Source: the human T2T-CHM13v2.0 reference genome, Homo sapiens
DNA: 64,000 bases
Direction: 5' to 3' (one strand)
Assembly (NCBI RefSeq): GCF_009914755.1
Contig: NC_060938.1
Below are positions 24,501 to 39,454 of the stretch, in pieces (the stretch's first letter is position 1; every line of letters begins with the position of its first letter). Position numbers and translations under genes: made by a program. The notes beneath the pieces were generated by a model. That model worked only from the letters and a program-made list of their open reading frames with translations. It was not told the DNA's origin and did no database searches.

Positions 24501-27500
24501 AGCAGTTTTGAAACAGACTTTTTGTAGAATCTGCAAGTGGACATTTGGGAAGCTTTGAGGCCTATGGTGGAAAATGATATACCTTCACATAAAAAGAAGA
24601 CAGAAGCATTTTCAGAAACTTCTTTGTGATGTTTGCATTCAAGTCACAGAGATGAAATACCTTTTCATAGCGCAGTTTTGAAAAACTCTTTTCGTAGTAT
24701 CTGCAAGGGGATATTTGGACTGCTTTGAGACCTTCAGTGGAAACGGAAATATCTTAACATAAAAATTAGACAGAAGCATTCTCAGAAACTTCTTTGTGAT
24801 GAGGCCATTCAACTCACAGAGCTGAAGTACTCTTTTGAAGGAGCAGTTTGAAACATTCTTTTTGTAGAATCTGCAAGTGCAAAGCCAAGAGAGCTTTGAG
24901 GCCTACAGTGGAAAAGGAAATATCTTCACATAAAAACTGGACAGAAGCATTCTCAAAAACATCTTTTTGATATTTGCATTCAACTCACAGAGTTGAAAAT
25001 AACTTTTCATAGAGCAGTTTTGAAACACTCTTTTTGTAGAATCTGCAAGAGGATATTTGGACTGCTTTAAAGACCTCGTTGGAAACGGGAATATCTTCAC
25101 ATAAAAACTAGACAGAAGCATTCTCAGAAACACCTTTGTGATGTGGGCATTCATCTCAGAGAGTTGAACCTTTCTTTTGATAGAGCAGTTTTGAAACACT
25201 GTTTTTATAGAATCTGCAAGTGGACATTTGGAGACTTTTGAAGCATATGGTGGAAATGGAAATACCTTCCCATGAAAACTAGACAGAAACATTCTCAGTA
25301 CCTACTTTGTTATGTTTGCATTCAACTCACAGAGATGGACATACCTTTTCCTAGAGCAGTTTTGGAAAACTCTTTTGGTAGAATATGCAAATGGATAATT
25401 GGAACGCTTTCAGGCCTTCGTTGGAAATGTGAATATCTTCAAATAAAAACTAGACAAAGGAATTCTCAGAAACTACTTTGTGATGTGGGCATTCAACTTA
25501 CAGACTTGAACCTTTCTTTTCATAGAGCAGTCTTGAAACACTCTTTTTGAAGAATCGGCAAGTGGACATTTGGAGAGCTTTGAGGGCTATGGTGAGAAAG
25601 AAAATATCTTCACATAAAAACCAGACAGAAGCATTCTGAGAAACTGCTTTGTGCTGTTTGCATTCAACTCACAAAGTTGAAAATACCTTTTCATAGAGGA
25701 GTTTTGAAACACTCTTTTCGTAGAATCTGCAAGTGGATATTTGGACTGCTTTTAGGTTTTCTTTGGAAACAGGAATATCTTTACATAAACACTAGACAGA
25801 TGCATTCTCAGAAAGTTCTTTGTGATGTGTGCATTCAAATCACAGATTTGAACATACCTTGTCATAGAGCAGTTTTGAAACACTCGTTTCGTAGAATCTG
25901 CAACTGGGTATTTGGACTTCTTTGAGGCCTTCGTCGGAAACGGGAATATCTTCACATAAGAACTAGACAGAAGAATTCTGGGGAATTTCTTTGTGATGTG
26001 TGCATTCAACTCACAGAGTTGAACCTTTCTGTTGATAGAGCAGTTTGGAAACACTCTTTTCGCAAAATCTGCAGAGTGGATATTTGTACTGCTTAGAGGC
26101 CTTCGTTGGAAACGGGAATATCTCCACATAAAAACTAGACAGAAGCATTCTCGGAAACTTCTTTGTGATCTGCACATTCAACACAAAGAGTTGAATCTTC
26201 CTTTTGATAGAGCAGTTTTTAAACACTCTTTTTGTAGAATCTGCAAGTGGACATTTGGAAAGCTTTGAGGCCTGTGGTGGAAAAGGAAATACCTTCACAT
26301 AAAAACCAGATGGAAGCATTCTCAGAAACTTCTTTGTATTGTTTGCATTCAACCCACAGAGTTGAACATACCTTTTCACAGAGCAGTTTTGAAACACTCT
26401 TTTTGTAGAATCTGCAAGTGGATATATGGAGTGCTTTGAGGCCTTCTTTGTAAACGGGAATATCTTCACATAAAAACTAGAGAGAAGCATTCTCAGAGCC
26501 TTCTTTGTGATGTGTGCATTGAACTCACAGAGCTGAACCTTTCTTTTGATAGAGCTGTTTTGAAGCACTGTTTTTTTACAATCTGCAAGTGGATATATTG
26601 AGTGCTTTGAGGCCTTCTTTGTAAACGGGAATATCTTCACATAAAAACTAGAGAGAAGCATTCTCAGAGCCTTCTTTGTGATGTGTGCATTCAACTCACA
26701 GAGCTGAACCTTTCTTTTGATAGAGCTGTTTTGAAGCACTGTTTTTTTAGAATCCGCATGTGGAAATTTTCAGAGCTTCGAGGCCTGTGGTGGAGAAGGA
26801 AATATCTTCACATAAAAACTAGACAGAAGCATTCTCAGAAACTTGTTTGTGACGTTTGCATTCAACTCACAGAGTTGAACATACCTTTTCATAGAGCAGT
26901 TTTGAAACACTCTTTTCGTAGGATCTGCAAATGGATATTTGAACTGCTTTGAGGCCTTCGTTGGAAAGAGGAATATCTTCACATAAAAACTAGACGGAAG
27001 CATTCTCAGAAACTTCTTTGTGATGTGTGAATTCAACTCACAGAGTTGAAGCTTTCTATTGATAGAGCAGTTTTGAAAAACCGTTTTTGTAGAATCTGCC
27101 AGTGGACATTTGGAGAGCTTGGAGGCCTACGGTGGAAAAGGAAATATCTTCACATAAAAACCAGACACAAAGATTCTCAGAAACTTCTTTGTGACGTTTG
27201 CATTCAACTCACAGAGTTGAACACACCTTTTCATAGAGCAGTTTTGAAGCAGTCTTTTGGTAGAATCTGCAAGTGTATATTTGGAATGCTTTGAGGCCTT
27301 CATTGTAAACGAGAATATCTTCACATAAAAACGAGACAGAAGCATTCTCAGCAACTACTTTGTGATGATTGCATTCAACTCACTGTGTTAACCTTTATTT
27401 TGATAGGACAGTTTTGAAACACTGTTTTTGTAGCATCTGCAAGTGGTCATTTGGAGAGCTTTGAGGCCTATGGTGGAAAAGGAAATATCTTCACATAAAA

Positions 27501-30500
27501 ACAGGACAGAAGCATTTTCAGAATCTCCGCTGTGATGTTTGCATTGAACTCACAGAGTTGAACGTCCCTTTTCATAGAGCAGTTTTGAAACACTCTTCGT
27601 AGAATCTGCCAGTGGATATTTGGACTGATTTGAGGCCTTTGTTGGACACGGGAATATCTTCATATAAAAACTAGAAAGAAGAATTCTCAGAAACTTCTTT
27701 GTGATGTGTGCATTCAACTCAGAGAGTTGAACTTTTCTTTTGATAGAGCAGTTTTGAAACAGACTTTTTGCAGAATCTGCAAGTGGACATTTGGGAAGCT
27801 TTGAGGCCTATGGTGGAAAATGATATACCTTCACATAAAAACCAGACAGAAGCATTTTCAGAAACTTCTTTGCGATGTTTGCATTCAACTCACAGTGTTA
27901 ACCTTTATTTTCATAGAACAGTTTTGAAACACTGTTTTTGTAGCATCTGCAAGTGGTCATTTGGAGAGCTTTGAGGCCTATGGTGGAAAAGGAAATATCT
28001 CCACATAAAAACTGGACAGAAGCATTCTCAGAATCTCCTCTGTGATGTTTGCATTCAACTCACAGAGTTGAACATACCTTTTCATAGAGCAGTTTTGAAA
28101 CACTCTCTTCGTAGAATCCACAAGTGGATATTTGGACTGATTTGAGGCCTTTGTTGGAAACGGGATTACCTTCACATAAAATATAGAAAGAAGAATTCTC
28201 AGAAACTTCTTTGTGATATGTGCATTCAACTCAGAGAGTTGAACTTTTCTTTTGATAGAGCAGTTTTGAAACAGACTTTTTGTATAATCTGCAAGTGGAC
28301 ATTTGGGAAGCTTTGAGGCCTATGGTGGAAAATGATATACCTTCACATAAAAAGAAGACAGAAGCATTTTCAGAAACTTCTTTGTGATGTTTGCATTCAA
28401 CTCACAGAGATGAAATACCTTTTCATAGCGCAGTTTTGAAAAACTCTTTTCGTAGTATCTGCAAGGGGATATTTGGACTGCTTTGAGGCCTTCAGTGGAA
28501 ACAGAAATATCTTAACATAAAAATTAGACAGAAGCATTCTCAGAAACTTCTTTGTGATGAGGCCATTCAACTCACAGAGCTGAAGCACTCTTTTGAAGGA
28601 GCAGTTTGAAACATTCTTTTTGTAGAATCTGCAAGTGCAAAGCCAAGAGAGCTTTGAGGCCTAGAGTGGAAAAGGAAATATCTTCACATAAAAACTGGAC
28701 AGAAGCATTCTCAAAAACATCTTTGTGATATTTGCATTCAACTCACAGAGTTGAAAATAACTTTTCGTAGAGCAGTTTTGAAACACTCTTTTTGTAGAAT
28801 CTGCAAGAGGAGATTTGGACTGCTTTAAGGACCTCGTTGGAAACGGGAATATCTTCACATAAAAACTAGACAGAAGCATTCTCAGAAACACCTTTGTGAT
28901 GTGGGCATTCAACTCAGAGAGTTGAAACTTTCTTTTGATAGAGCAGTTTTGAAACACTGTTTTTATGGAATCTGCAAGTGGACATTTGGAGACTTTTGAA
29001 GCATATGGTGGAAATGGAAATACCTTCCCATGAAAACTAGACAGAAACATTCTCAGTACCTACTTTGTTATGTTTGCATTCAACTCACAGAGATGGACAT
29101 ACCTTTTCATAGAGCAGTTTTGGAAAACTCTTTTGGTAGAATATGCAAATGGATAATTGGAACGCTTTCAGGCCTTCGTTGGAAATGTGAATATCTTCAA
29201 ATAAAAACTAGACAAAAGCATTCTCAGAAACTTCTTTGTGATGTGGGCATTCAACTCACAGACTTGAACCTTTCTTTTCATAGAGCAGTCTTGAAACACT
29301 CTTTTTGAAGAATCGGCAAGTGGACATTTGGAGAGCTTTGAGGCCTATGGTGAGAAAGAAAATATCTTCACATAAAAGCCAGACAGAAGCATTCTGAGAA
29401 ACTTCTTTGTGCTGTTTGCATTCAACTCACAAAGTTGAAAATACCTTTTCATAGAGGAGTTTTGAAACACTCTTTTCGTAGAATCTGCAAGTGGATATTT
29501 GGACTGCTTTTAGGTTTTCTTTGGAAACAGGAATATCTTTACATAAACACTAGACAGATGCATTCTCAGAAAGTTCTTTGTGATGTGTGCATTCAAATCA
29601 CAGATTTGAACATACCTTCTCATAGAGCAGTTTTGAAACACTCGTTTCGTAGAATCTGCAAGTGGGTATTTGGACTTCTTTGAGGCCTTCGTCGGAAACG
29701 GGAATATCTTCACATAAGAACTAGACAGAAGAATTCTGGGGAATTTCTTTGTGATGTGTGCATTCAACTCACAGAGTTGAACCTTTCTGTTGATAGAGCA
29801 GTTTGGAAACACTCTTTTCGCAAAATCTACAGAGTGGATATTTGTACTGCTTAGAGGCCTTCGTTGGAAACGGGAATATCTCCACATAAAAACTAGACAG
29901 AAGCATTCTCAGAAACTTCTTTGTGATCTGCACATTCAACACAAAGAGTTGAATCTTCCTTTTGATAGAGCAGTTTTTAAACACTCTTTTTGTAGAATCT
30001 GCAAGTGGACATTTGGAAAGCTTTGAGGCCTGTGGTGGAAAAGGAAATATCTTCACATAAAAACCAGATGGAAGCATTCTCAGAAACTTCTTTGTATTGT
30101 TTGCATTCAACCCACAGAGTTGAACATACCTTTTCACAGAGCAGTTTTGAAACACTCTTTTTGTAGAATCTGCAAGTGGATATATGGAGTGCTTTGAGGC
30201 CTTCTTTGTAAACGGGAATATCTTCACATAAAAACTAGAGAGAAGCATTCTCAGAGCCTTCTTTGTGATGTGTGCATTCAAGTCACAGAGCTGAACCTTT
30301 CTTTTGATAGAGCTGTTTTGAAGCACTGTTTTTTTACAATCTGCAAGTGGATATATTGAGTGCTTTGAGGCCTTCTTTGTAAACGGGAATATCTTCACAT
30401 AAAAACTAGAGAGAAGCATTCTCAGAGCCTTCTTTGTGATGTGTGCATTCAACTCACAGAGCTGAACCTTTCTTTTGATAGAGCTGTTTTGAAGCACTGT

Positions 30501-32787
30501 TTTTTTAGAATCCGCATGTGGAAATTTTCAGAGCTTCGAGGCCTGTGGTGGAGAAGGAAATATCTTCACATAAAAACTAGACAGAAGCATTCTCAGAAAC
30601 TTGTTTGTGACGTTTGCATTCAACTCACAGAGTTGAACATACCTTTTCATAGAGCAGTTTTGAAACACTCTTTTCGTAGGATCTGCAAATGGATATTTGA
30701 ACTGCTTTGAGGCCTTCGTTGGAAAGAGGAATATCTTCACATAAAAACTAGACGGAAGCATTCTCAGAAACTTCTTTGTGATGTGTGAATTCAACTCACA
30801 GAGTTGAAGCTTTCTATTGATAGAGGAGTTTTGAAAAACCGTTTTTGTAGAATCTGCCAGTGGACATTTGGAGAGCTTGGAGGCCTACGGTGGAAAAGGA
30901 AATATCTTCACATAAAAACCAGACACAAAGATTCTCAGAAACTTCTTTGTGACGTTTGCATTCAACTCACAGAGTTGAACACACCTTTTCATAGAGCAGT
31001 TTTGAAGCAGTCTTTTCGTAGAATCTGCAAGTGTATATTTGGAATGCTTTGAGGCCTTCATTGTAAACGAGAATATCTTCACATAAAAACGAGACAGAAG
31101 CATTCTCAGCAACGACTTTGTGATGATTGCATTCAACTCACTGTGTTAACCTTTATTTTGATAGGGCAGTTTTGAAACACTGTTTTTGTAGCATCTGCAA
31201 GTGGTGATTTGGAGAGCTTTGAGGCCTATGGTGGAAAAGGAAATATCTTCACATAAAAACAGGACAGAAGCATTTTCAGAATCTCCGCTGTGATGTTTGC
31301 ATTCAACTCACAGAGTTGAACGTCCCTTTTCATAGAGCAGATTTGAAACACTCTTCGTAGAATCTGCCAGTGGATATTTGGACTGATTTGAGGCCTTTGT
31401 TGGACACGGGAATATCTTCATATAAAAACTAGAAAGAAGAATTCTCAGAAACTTCTTTGTGATGTGTGCATTCAACTCAGAGAGTTGAACTTTTCTTTTG
31501 ATAGAGCACTTTTGAAACAGACTTTTTGCAGAATCTGCAAGTGGACATTTGGGAAGCTTTGAGGCCTACGGTGGAAAATGATATACCTTCACATAAAAAC
31601 CAGACAGAAGCATTTTCAGAAACTTCTTTGCTATGTTTGCATTCAACTCACAGTGTTAACCTTTATTTTCATAGAACAGTTTTGAAACACTGTTTTTGTA
31701 GCATCTGCAAGTGGTCATTTGGAGAGCTTTGAGGCCTATGGTGGAAAAGGAAATATCTCCACATAAAAACTGGACAGAAGCATTCTCAGAATCTCCTCTG
31801 TGATGTTTGCATTCAACTCACAGAGTTGAACACACCTTTTCATAGAGCAGTTTTGAAACACTCTTTTCGTAGAATCCACAAGTGGATATTTGGACTGATT
31901 TGAGGCCTTTGTTGGAAACGGGAATACCTTCACATAAAATCTAGAAAGAAGAATTCTCAGAAACTTCTTTGTGATATGTGCATTCAACTCAGAGAGTTGA
32001 ACTTTTCTTTTGATAGAGCAGTTTTGAAACAGACTTTTTGTAGAATCTGCAAGTGGACATTTGGGAAGCTTTGAGGCCTATGGTGGAAAATGATATACCT
32101 TCACATAAAAAGAAGACAGAAGCATTTTCAGAAACTTCTTTGTGATGTTTGCATTCAAGTCACAGAGATGAAATACCTTTTCATAGCGCAGTTTTGAAAA
32201 ACTCTTTTCGTAGTATCTGCAAGGGGATATTTGGACTGCTTTGAGGCCTTCAGTGGAAACAGAAATATCTTAACATAAAATTTAGACAGAAGCATTCTCA
32301 GAAACTTCTTTGTGATGAGGCCATTCAACTCACAGAGCTGAACCACTCTTTTGGAGGAGCAGTTTGAAACATTCTTTTTGTAGAATCTGCAAGTGCAAAG
32401 CCAAGAGAGCTTTGAGGCCTACAGTGGAAAAGGAAATATCTTCACATAAAAACTGGACAGAAGCATTCTCAAAAACATCTTTGTGATATTTGCATTCAAC
32501 TCACAGAGTTGAAAATAACTTTTCGTAGAGCAGATTTGAAACACTCTTTTTGTAGAATCTGCAAGAGGATATTTGGACTGCTTTAAGGACCTCGTTGGAA
32601 ACGGGAATATCTTCACATAAAAACTAGACAGAAGCATTCTCAGAAACACCTTTGTGATGTGGGCATTCAACTCAGAGAGTTGAACCTTTCTTTTGATAGA
32701 GCAGTTTTGAAACACTGTTTTTATAGAATCTGCAAGTGGACATTTGGAGACTTTTGAAGCATATGGTGGAAATGGAAATACCTTCCC
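21514..32787 (+). repeat. Three consecutive 22-mer variants (extra m15/m14 hybrid)
   Basis: Three 3,758-bp periods, each containing CAGAGCCTTC twice. Confidence 0.9.
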
Positions 32788-35700
32788 ATGAAAACTAGAC
32801 AGAAACATTCTCTGTACCTACTTTGTTATGTTTGCATTCAACTCACAGAGATGGACATACTTTTTCTTAGAGCAGTTTTGGAAAACTCTTTTGGTAGAAT
32901 ATGCAAATGGATAATTGGAACGCTTTCAGGCCTTCGTTGGAAATGTGAATATCTTCAAATAAAAACTAGACAAAAGCATTCTCCGAAATTTCTTTGTGAT
33001 GTGGGCATTCAACTCACAGACTTGAACCTTTCTTTTCATAGAGCAGTCTTGAAACACTCTTTTTGAAGAATCGGCAAGTGGACATTTGGAGAGCTTTGAG
33101 GCCTATGGTGAGAAAGAAAATATCTTCACATAAAAGCCAGACAGAAGCATTCTGAGAAACTTCTTTGTGCTGTTTGCATTCAACTCACAAAGTTGAAAAT
33201 ACCTTTTCATAGAGGAGTTTTGAAACACTCTTTTCGTAGAATCTGCAAGTGGATATTTGGACTGCTTTTAGGTTTTCTTTGGAAACAGGAATATCTTTAC
33301 ATAAACACTAGACAGATGCATTCTCAGAAAGTTCTTTGTGATGTGTGCATTCAACTCACAGATTTGAACATACCTTGTCATAGAGCAGTTTTGAAACACT
33401 CGTTTCGTAGAATCTGCAAGTGGATATTTGGACTTCTTTGTGGCCTTCGTCGGAAACGGGAATATCTTCACATAAGAACTAGACAGAAGAATTCTGGGGA
33501 ATTTCTTTGTGATGTGTGCATTCAACTCACAGAGTTGAACCTTTCTGTTGATAGAGCAGTTTGGAAACACTCTTTTCGCAAAATATGCAGAGTGGATATT
33601 TGTACTGCTTAGAGGCCTTCGTTGGAAACGGGAATATCTCCACATAAAAACTAGACAGAAGCATTCTCAGAAACTTCTTTGTGATCTGCACATTCAACAC
33701 AAAGAGTTGAATCTTCCTTTTGATAGAGCAGTTTTTAAACACTCTTTTTGTAGAATCTGCAAGTGGACATTTGGAAAGCTTTGAGGCCTGTGGTGGAAAA
33801 GGAAATACCTTCACATAAAAACCAGATGGAAGCATTCTCAGAAACTTCTTTGTATTGTTTGCATTCAACCCACAGAGTTGAACATACCTTTTCACAGAGC
33901 AGTTTTGAAACACTCTTTTTGTAGAATCTGCAAGTGGATATATGGAGTGCTTTGAGGCCTTCTTTGTAAACGGGAATATCTTCACATAAAAACTAGAGAG
34001 AAGCATTCTCAGAGCCTTCTTTGTGATGTGTGCATTGAACTCACAGAGCTGAACCTTTCTTTTGATAGAGCTGTTTTGAAGCACTGTTGTTTTAGAATCC
34101 GCATGTGGAAATTTTCAGAGCTTCGAGGCCTGTGGTGGAGAAGGAAATATCTTCACATAAAAACTAGACAGAAGCATTCTCAGAAACTTGTTTGTGACGT
34201 TTGCATTCAACTCACAGAGTTGAACATACCTTTTCATAGAGCAGTTTTGAAACACTCTTTTCGTAGGATCTGCAAATGGATATTTGGACTGCTTTGAGGC
34301 CTTCGTTGGAAAGAGGAATATCTTCACATAAAAACTAGAAGGAAGCATTCTCAGAAACTTCTTTGTGATGTGTGAATTCAACTCACAGAGTTGAAGCTTT
34401 CTATTGATAGAGCAGTTTTGAAAAACCGTTTTTGTAGAATCTGCCAGTGGACATTTGGAGAGCTTTGAGGCCTACGGTGGAAAAGGAAATATCTTCACAT
34501 AAAAACCAGACACAAAGATTCTCAGAAACTACTTTGTGACGTTTGCATTCAACTCACAGAGTTGAACACACCTTTTCATAGAGCAGTTTTGAAGCAGTCT
34601 TTTCGTAGAATCTGCAAGTGTATATTTGGAATGCTTTGAGGCCTTCATTGTAAACGAGAATATCTTCACATAAAAACGAGACAGAAGCATTCTCAGCAAC
34701 TACTTTGTGATGATTGCATTCAACTCACTGTGTTAACCTTTATTTTGATAGGGCAGTTTGGAAACACTGTTATTGTAGCATCTGCAAGTGGTCATTTGGA
34801 GAGCTTTGAGGCCTATCGTGGAAAAGGAAATATCTTCACATAAAAACAGGACAGAAGCATTTTCAGAATCTCCGCTGTGATGTTTGCATTCAACTCACAG
34901 ACTTGAACGTCACTCTTCATAGAGCAGTTCTGAAACACTCTTCGTAGAATCTGCCAGTGGATATTTGGACTGATTTGAGGCCTTTGTTGTACACGGGAAT
35001 ATCTTCATATAAAAACTAGAAAGAAGAATTCTCAGAAACTTCTTTGTGATGTGTGCATTCAACTCAGAGAGTTGAACTTTTCTTTTGATAGAGCAGTTTT
35101 GAAACAGACTTTTTGCAGAATCTGCAAGTGGACATTTGGGAAGCTTTGAGGCCTATGGTGGAAAATGATATACCTTCACATAAAAACCAGACAGAAGCAT
35201 TTTCAGAAACTTCTTTGCGATGTTTGCATTCAACTCACAGTGTTAACCTTTATTTTCATAGAACAGTTTTGAAATACTGTTTTTGTAGCATCTGCAAGTG
35301 GTCATTTGGAGAGCTTTGAGGCCTATGGTGGAAAAGGAAATATCTCCACATAAAAACTGGACAGAAGCATTCTCAGAATCTCCTCTGTGATGTTTGCATT
35401 CAACTCACAGAGATGAAATACCTTTTCATAGCGCAGTTTTGAAAAACTCTTTTCGTAGTATCTGCAAGGGGATATTTGGAATGCTTTGAGGCCTTCAGTG
35501 GAAACAGAAATATCTTAACATAAAAATTAGACAGAAGCATTCTCAGAAACTTCTTTGTGATGAGGCCATTCAACTCACAGAGCTGAACCACTCTTTTGAA
35601 GGAGCAGTTTGAAACATTCTTTTTGTAGAATCTGCAAGTGCAAAGCCAAGAGAGCTTTGAGGCCTACAGTGGAAAAGGAAATATCTTCACATAAAAACTG

Positions 35701-36032
35701 GACAGAAGCATTCTCAAAAACATCTTTGTGATATTTGCATTCAACTCACAGAGTTGAAAATAACTTTTCGTAGAGCAGTTTTGAAACACTCTTTTTGTAG
35801 AATCTGCAAGAGGATATTTGGACTGCTTTAAGGACCTCGTTGGAAACGGGAATATCTTCACATAAAAAGTAGACAGAAGCATTCTCAGAAACACCTTTGT
35901 GATGTGGGCATTCAACTCAGAGAGCTGAACCTTTCTTTTGATAGAGCAGTTTTGAAACACTGTTTTTATAGAATCTGCAAGTGGACATTTGGAGACTTTT
36001 GAAGCATATGGTGGAAATGGAAATACCTTCCC
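32788..36032 (+). repeat. 19-mer variant (in-register deletion creating an m2/m4 hybrid)
   Basis: Period is 3,245 bp. At ~35370-35420 the m2 start (GAATCTCCTCTGTG) runs directly into m4 (GAGATGAAATACC...GCGCAG). Confidence 0.88.
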
Positions 36033-39000
36033 ATGAAAACTAGACAGAAACATTCTCAGCACCTACTTTGTTATGTTTGCATTCAACTCACAGAGATGGA
36101 CATACCTTTTCATAGAGCAGTTTTGGAAAACTCTTTTGGTAGAATATGCAAATGGATAATTGGAACGCTTTCAGGCCTTCGTTGGAAATGTGAATATCTT
36201 CAAATAAAAACTAGACAAAAGCATTCTCAGAAACTTCTTTGTGATGTGGGCATTCAACTCACAGGCTTGTACCTTTCTTTTCATAGAGCAGTCTTGAAAC
36301 ACTCTTTTTGAAGAATCGGCAAGTGGACATTTGGAGAGCTTTGAGGCCTATGGTGAGAAAGAAAATATCTTCACATAAAAGCCAGACAGAAGCATTCTGA
36401 GAAACTTCTTTGTGCTGTTTGCATTCAACTCACAAAGTTGAAAATACCTTTTCATAGAGGAGTTTTGAAACACTCTTTTCGTAGAATCTGCAAGTGGATA
36501 TTTGGACTGCTTTTAGTTTTTCTTTGGAAACAGGAATATCTTTACATAAACACTAGACAGATGCATTCTCAGAAAGTTCTTTGTGATGTGTGCATTCAAC
36601 TCACAGATTTGAACATACCTTGTCATAGAGCAGTTTTGAAACACTCGTTTCGTAGAATCTGCAAGTGGATATTTGGACTTCTTTGAGGCCTTCGTCGGAA
36701 ACGGGAATATCTTCACATAAGAACTAGACAGAAGAATTCTGGGAAATTTCTTTGTGATGTGTGCATGCAACTCACAGAGTTGAAACTTTCTGTTGATAGA
36801 GCAGTTTGGAAACACTCTTTTCGCAAAATCTGCAAAGTGGATATTTGTATTGCTTAGAGGCCTTCGTTGGAAACGGGAATATCTCCACATAAAAACTAGA
36901 CAGAAGCATTCTCAGAAACTTCTTTGTGATGTGCACATTCAACACAAAGAGTTGAATCTTCCTTTTGATAGAGGAGTTTTTAAACACTCTTTGTGTAGAA
37001 TCTGCAAGTGGACATTTGGAAAGCTTTGAGGCCGGTGGTGGAAAAGGAAATACCTTCACATAAAAACCAGATGGAAGCATTCTCAGAAACTTCTTTGTAT
37101 TGTTTGCATTCAACCCACAGAGTTGAACATACCTTTTCACAGAGCAGTTTTGAAACACTCTTTTTGTAGAATCTGCAAGTGGATATATGGAGTGCTTTGA
37201 GGCCTTCTTTGTAAACGGGAATATCTTCACATAAAAACTAGAGAGAAGCATTCTCAGAGCCTTCTTTGTGAAGTGTGCATTCAACTCACAGAGCTGAACC
37301 ACTCTTTTGAAGGAGCAGTTTGAAACATACTTTTTGTAGAATCTGCAAGTGCAAAGCAAAGAGAGCTTTGAGGCCTACAGTGGAAAAGGAAATATCTTCA
37401 CATAAAAACTGGACAGAAGCATTCTCAAAACCATCTTTGTGATATTTGCATTCAACTCACAGAGTTGAAAATAACTTTTCGTAGAGCAGTTTTGAAACAC
37501 TCTTTTTGTAGAATCTGCAAGAGGATATTTGGACTGCTTTAAGGACCTCGTTGGAAACGGGAATATCTTCACATAAAAACTAGACAGAAGCATTCTCAGA
37601 AACAACTTTGTGATGTGGGCATTCAACTCAGAGAGTTGAACCTTTCTTTTGATAGAGCAGTTTTGAAACACTGTTTTTATAGAATCTGCAAGTGGACATT
37701 TGGAGACTTTTGAAGCATATGGTGGAAATGGAAATACCTTCCCATGAAAACTAGACAGAAACATTCTCAGCACCTACTTTGTTATGTTTGCATTCAACTC
37801 ACAGAGATGGACATACCTTTTCATAGAGCAGTTTTGGAAAACTCTTTTGGTAGAATATGCAAATGGATAATTCGAACGCTTTCAGGCCTCCTTTGGAAAT
37901 TTGAATATCTTCAAATAAAAACTAGACAAAAGCATTCTCAGAAACTTCTTTGTGATGTGGGCATTCAACTCACAGGCTTGAACCTTTCTTTTCATAGAGC
38001 AGTCTTGAAACACTCTTTTTGAAGAATCTGCAAGTGGACATTTGGAGAGCTTTGAGGCCTATGGTGAGAAAGAAAATATCTTCACATAAAAGCCAGACAG
38101 AAGCATTCTGAGAAACTTCTTTGTGCTGTTTGCATTCAACTCACAAAGTTGAAAATACCTTTTCATAGATGAGTTTCGAAACACACTTTTCGTAGAATCT
38201 GCAAGTGGATATTTGGACTGCTTTTAGGTTTTCTTTGGAAACAGGAATATCTTTACATAAACACTAGACAGATTCATTCTCAGAAAGTTCTTTGTGATGT
38301 GTGCATTCAACTCACAGATTTGAACATACCTTGTCATAGAGCAGTTTTGAAACACTCGTTTCGTAGAATCTGCAAGTGGATATTTGGACTTCTTTGAGGC
38401 CTTCGTCGGAAACGGGAATATCTTCACATAAGAACTAGACAGAAGAATTCTGGGAAATTTCTTTATGATGTGTGCATTCAACTCACAGAGTTGAACCTTT
38501 CTGTTGATAGAGCAGTGTGGAAACACTCTTTTCGCAAAATCTGCAAAGTGGATATTTGTACTGCTTAGAGGCCTTCGTTGGAAACGGGAATATCTCCACA
38601 TAAAAACTAGACAGAAGCATTCTCAGAAACTTCTTTGTGATCTGCACATTCAACACAAAGAGTTGAATCTTCCTTTTGATAGAGCAGTTTTTAAACACTC
38701 TTTTTGTAGAATCTGCAAGTGGACATTTGGAAAGCTTTGAGGCCTGTGGTGGAAAAGGAAATACCTTCACACAAAAACCAGATGGAAGCATTCTCAGAAA
38801 CTTCTTTGTATTGATTGCATTCAACCCACAGAGTTGAACATACCTTTTCACAGAGTAGTTTTGAAACACTCTTTTTGTAGAATCTGCAAGTGGATATATG
38901 GAGTGCTTTGAGGTCTTCTTTGTAAACGGGAATATCTTCACATAAAAACTAGAGAGAAGCATTCTCAGAGCCTTCTTTGTGAAGTGTGCATTCAACTCAC

Positions 39001-39454
39001 AGAGCTGAACCACTCTTTTGAAGGAGCAGTTTGAAACATTCTTTTTGTAGAATCTGCAAGTGCAAAGCCAAGAGAGCTTTGAGGCCTACAGTGGAAAAGG
39101 AAATATCTTCACATAAAAACTGGACAGAAGCATTCTCAAAAACATCTTTGTGATATTTGCATTCAACTCACAGAGTTGAAAATAACTTTTCGTAGAGCAG
39201 TTTTGAATCACTCTTTTTGTAGAATCTGCAAGAGGATATTTGGACTGCTTTAAGGACCTCGTTGGAAACGGGAATATCTTCACATAAAAACTAGACAGAA
39301 GCATTCTCAGAAACACCTTTGTGATGTGGGCATTCCACTCAGAGAGTTGAACCTTTCTTTTGATAGAGCAGTTTTGAAACACTGTTTTTATAGAATCTGC
39401 AAGTGGACATTTGGAGACTTTAGAAGCATATGGTGGAAATGGAAATACCTTCCC
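36033..39454 (+). repeat. Two tandem 10-mer variants (1,711 bp each; m15/m5 junction)
   Basis: Marker spacing is 1,711 bp twice, with junctions at 37278-37300 and 38989-39011. Confidence 0.9.
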
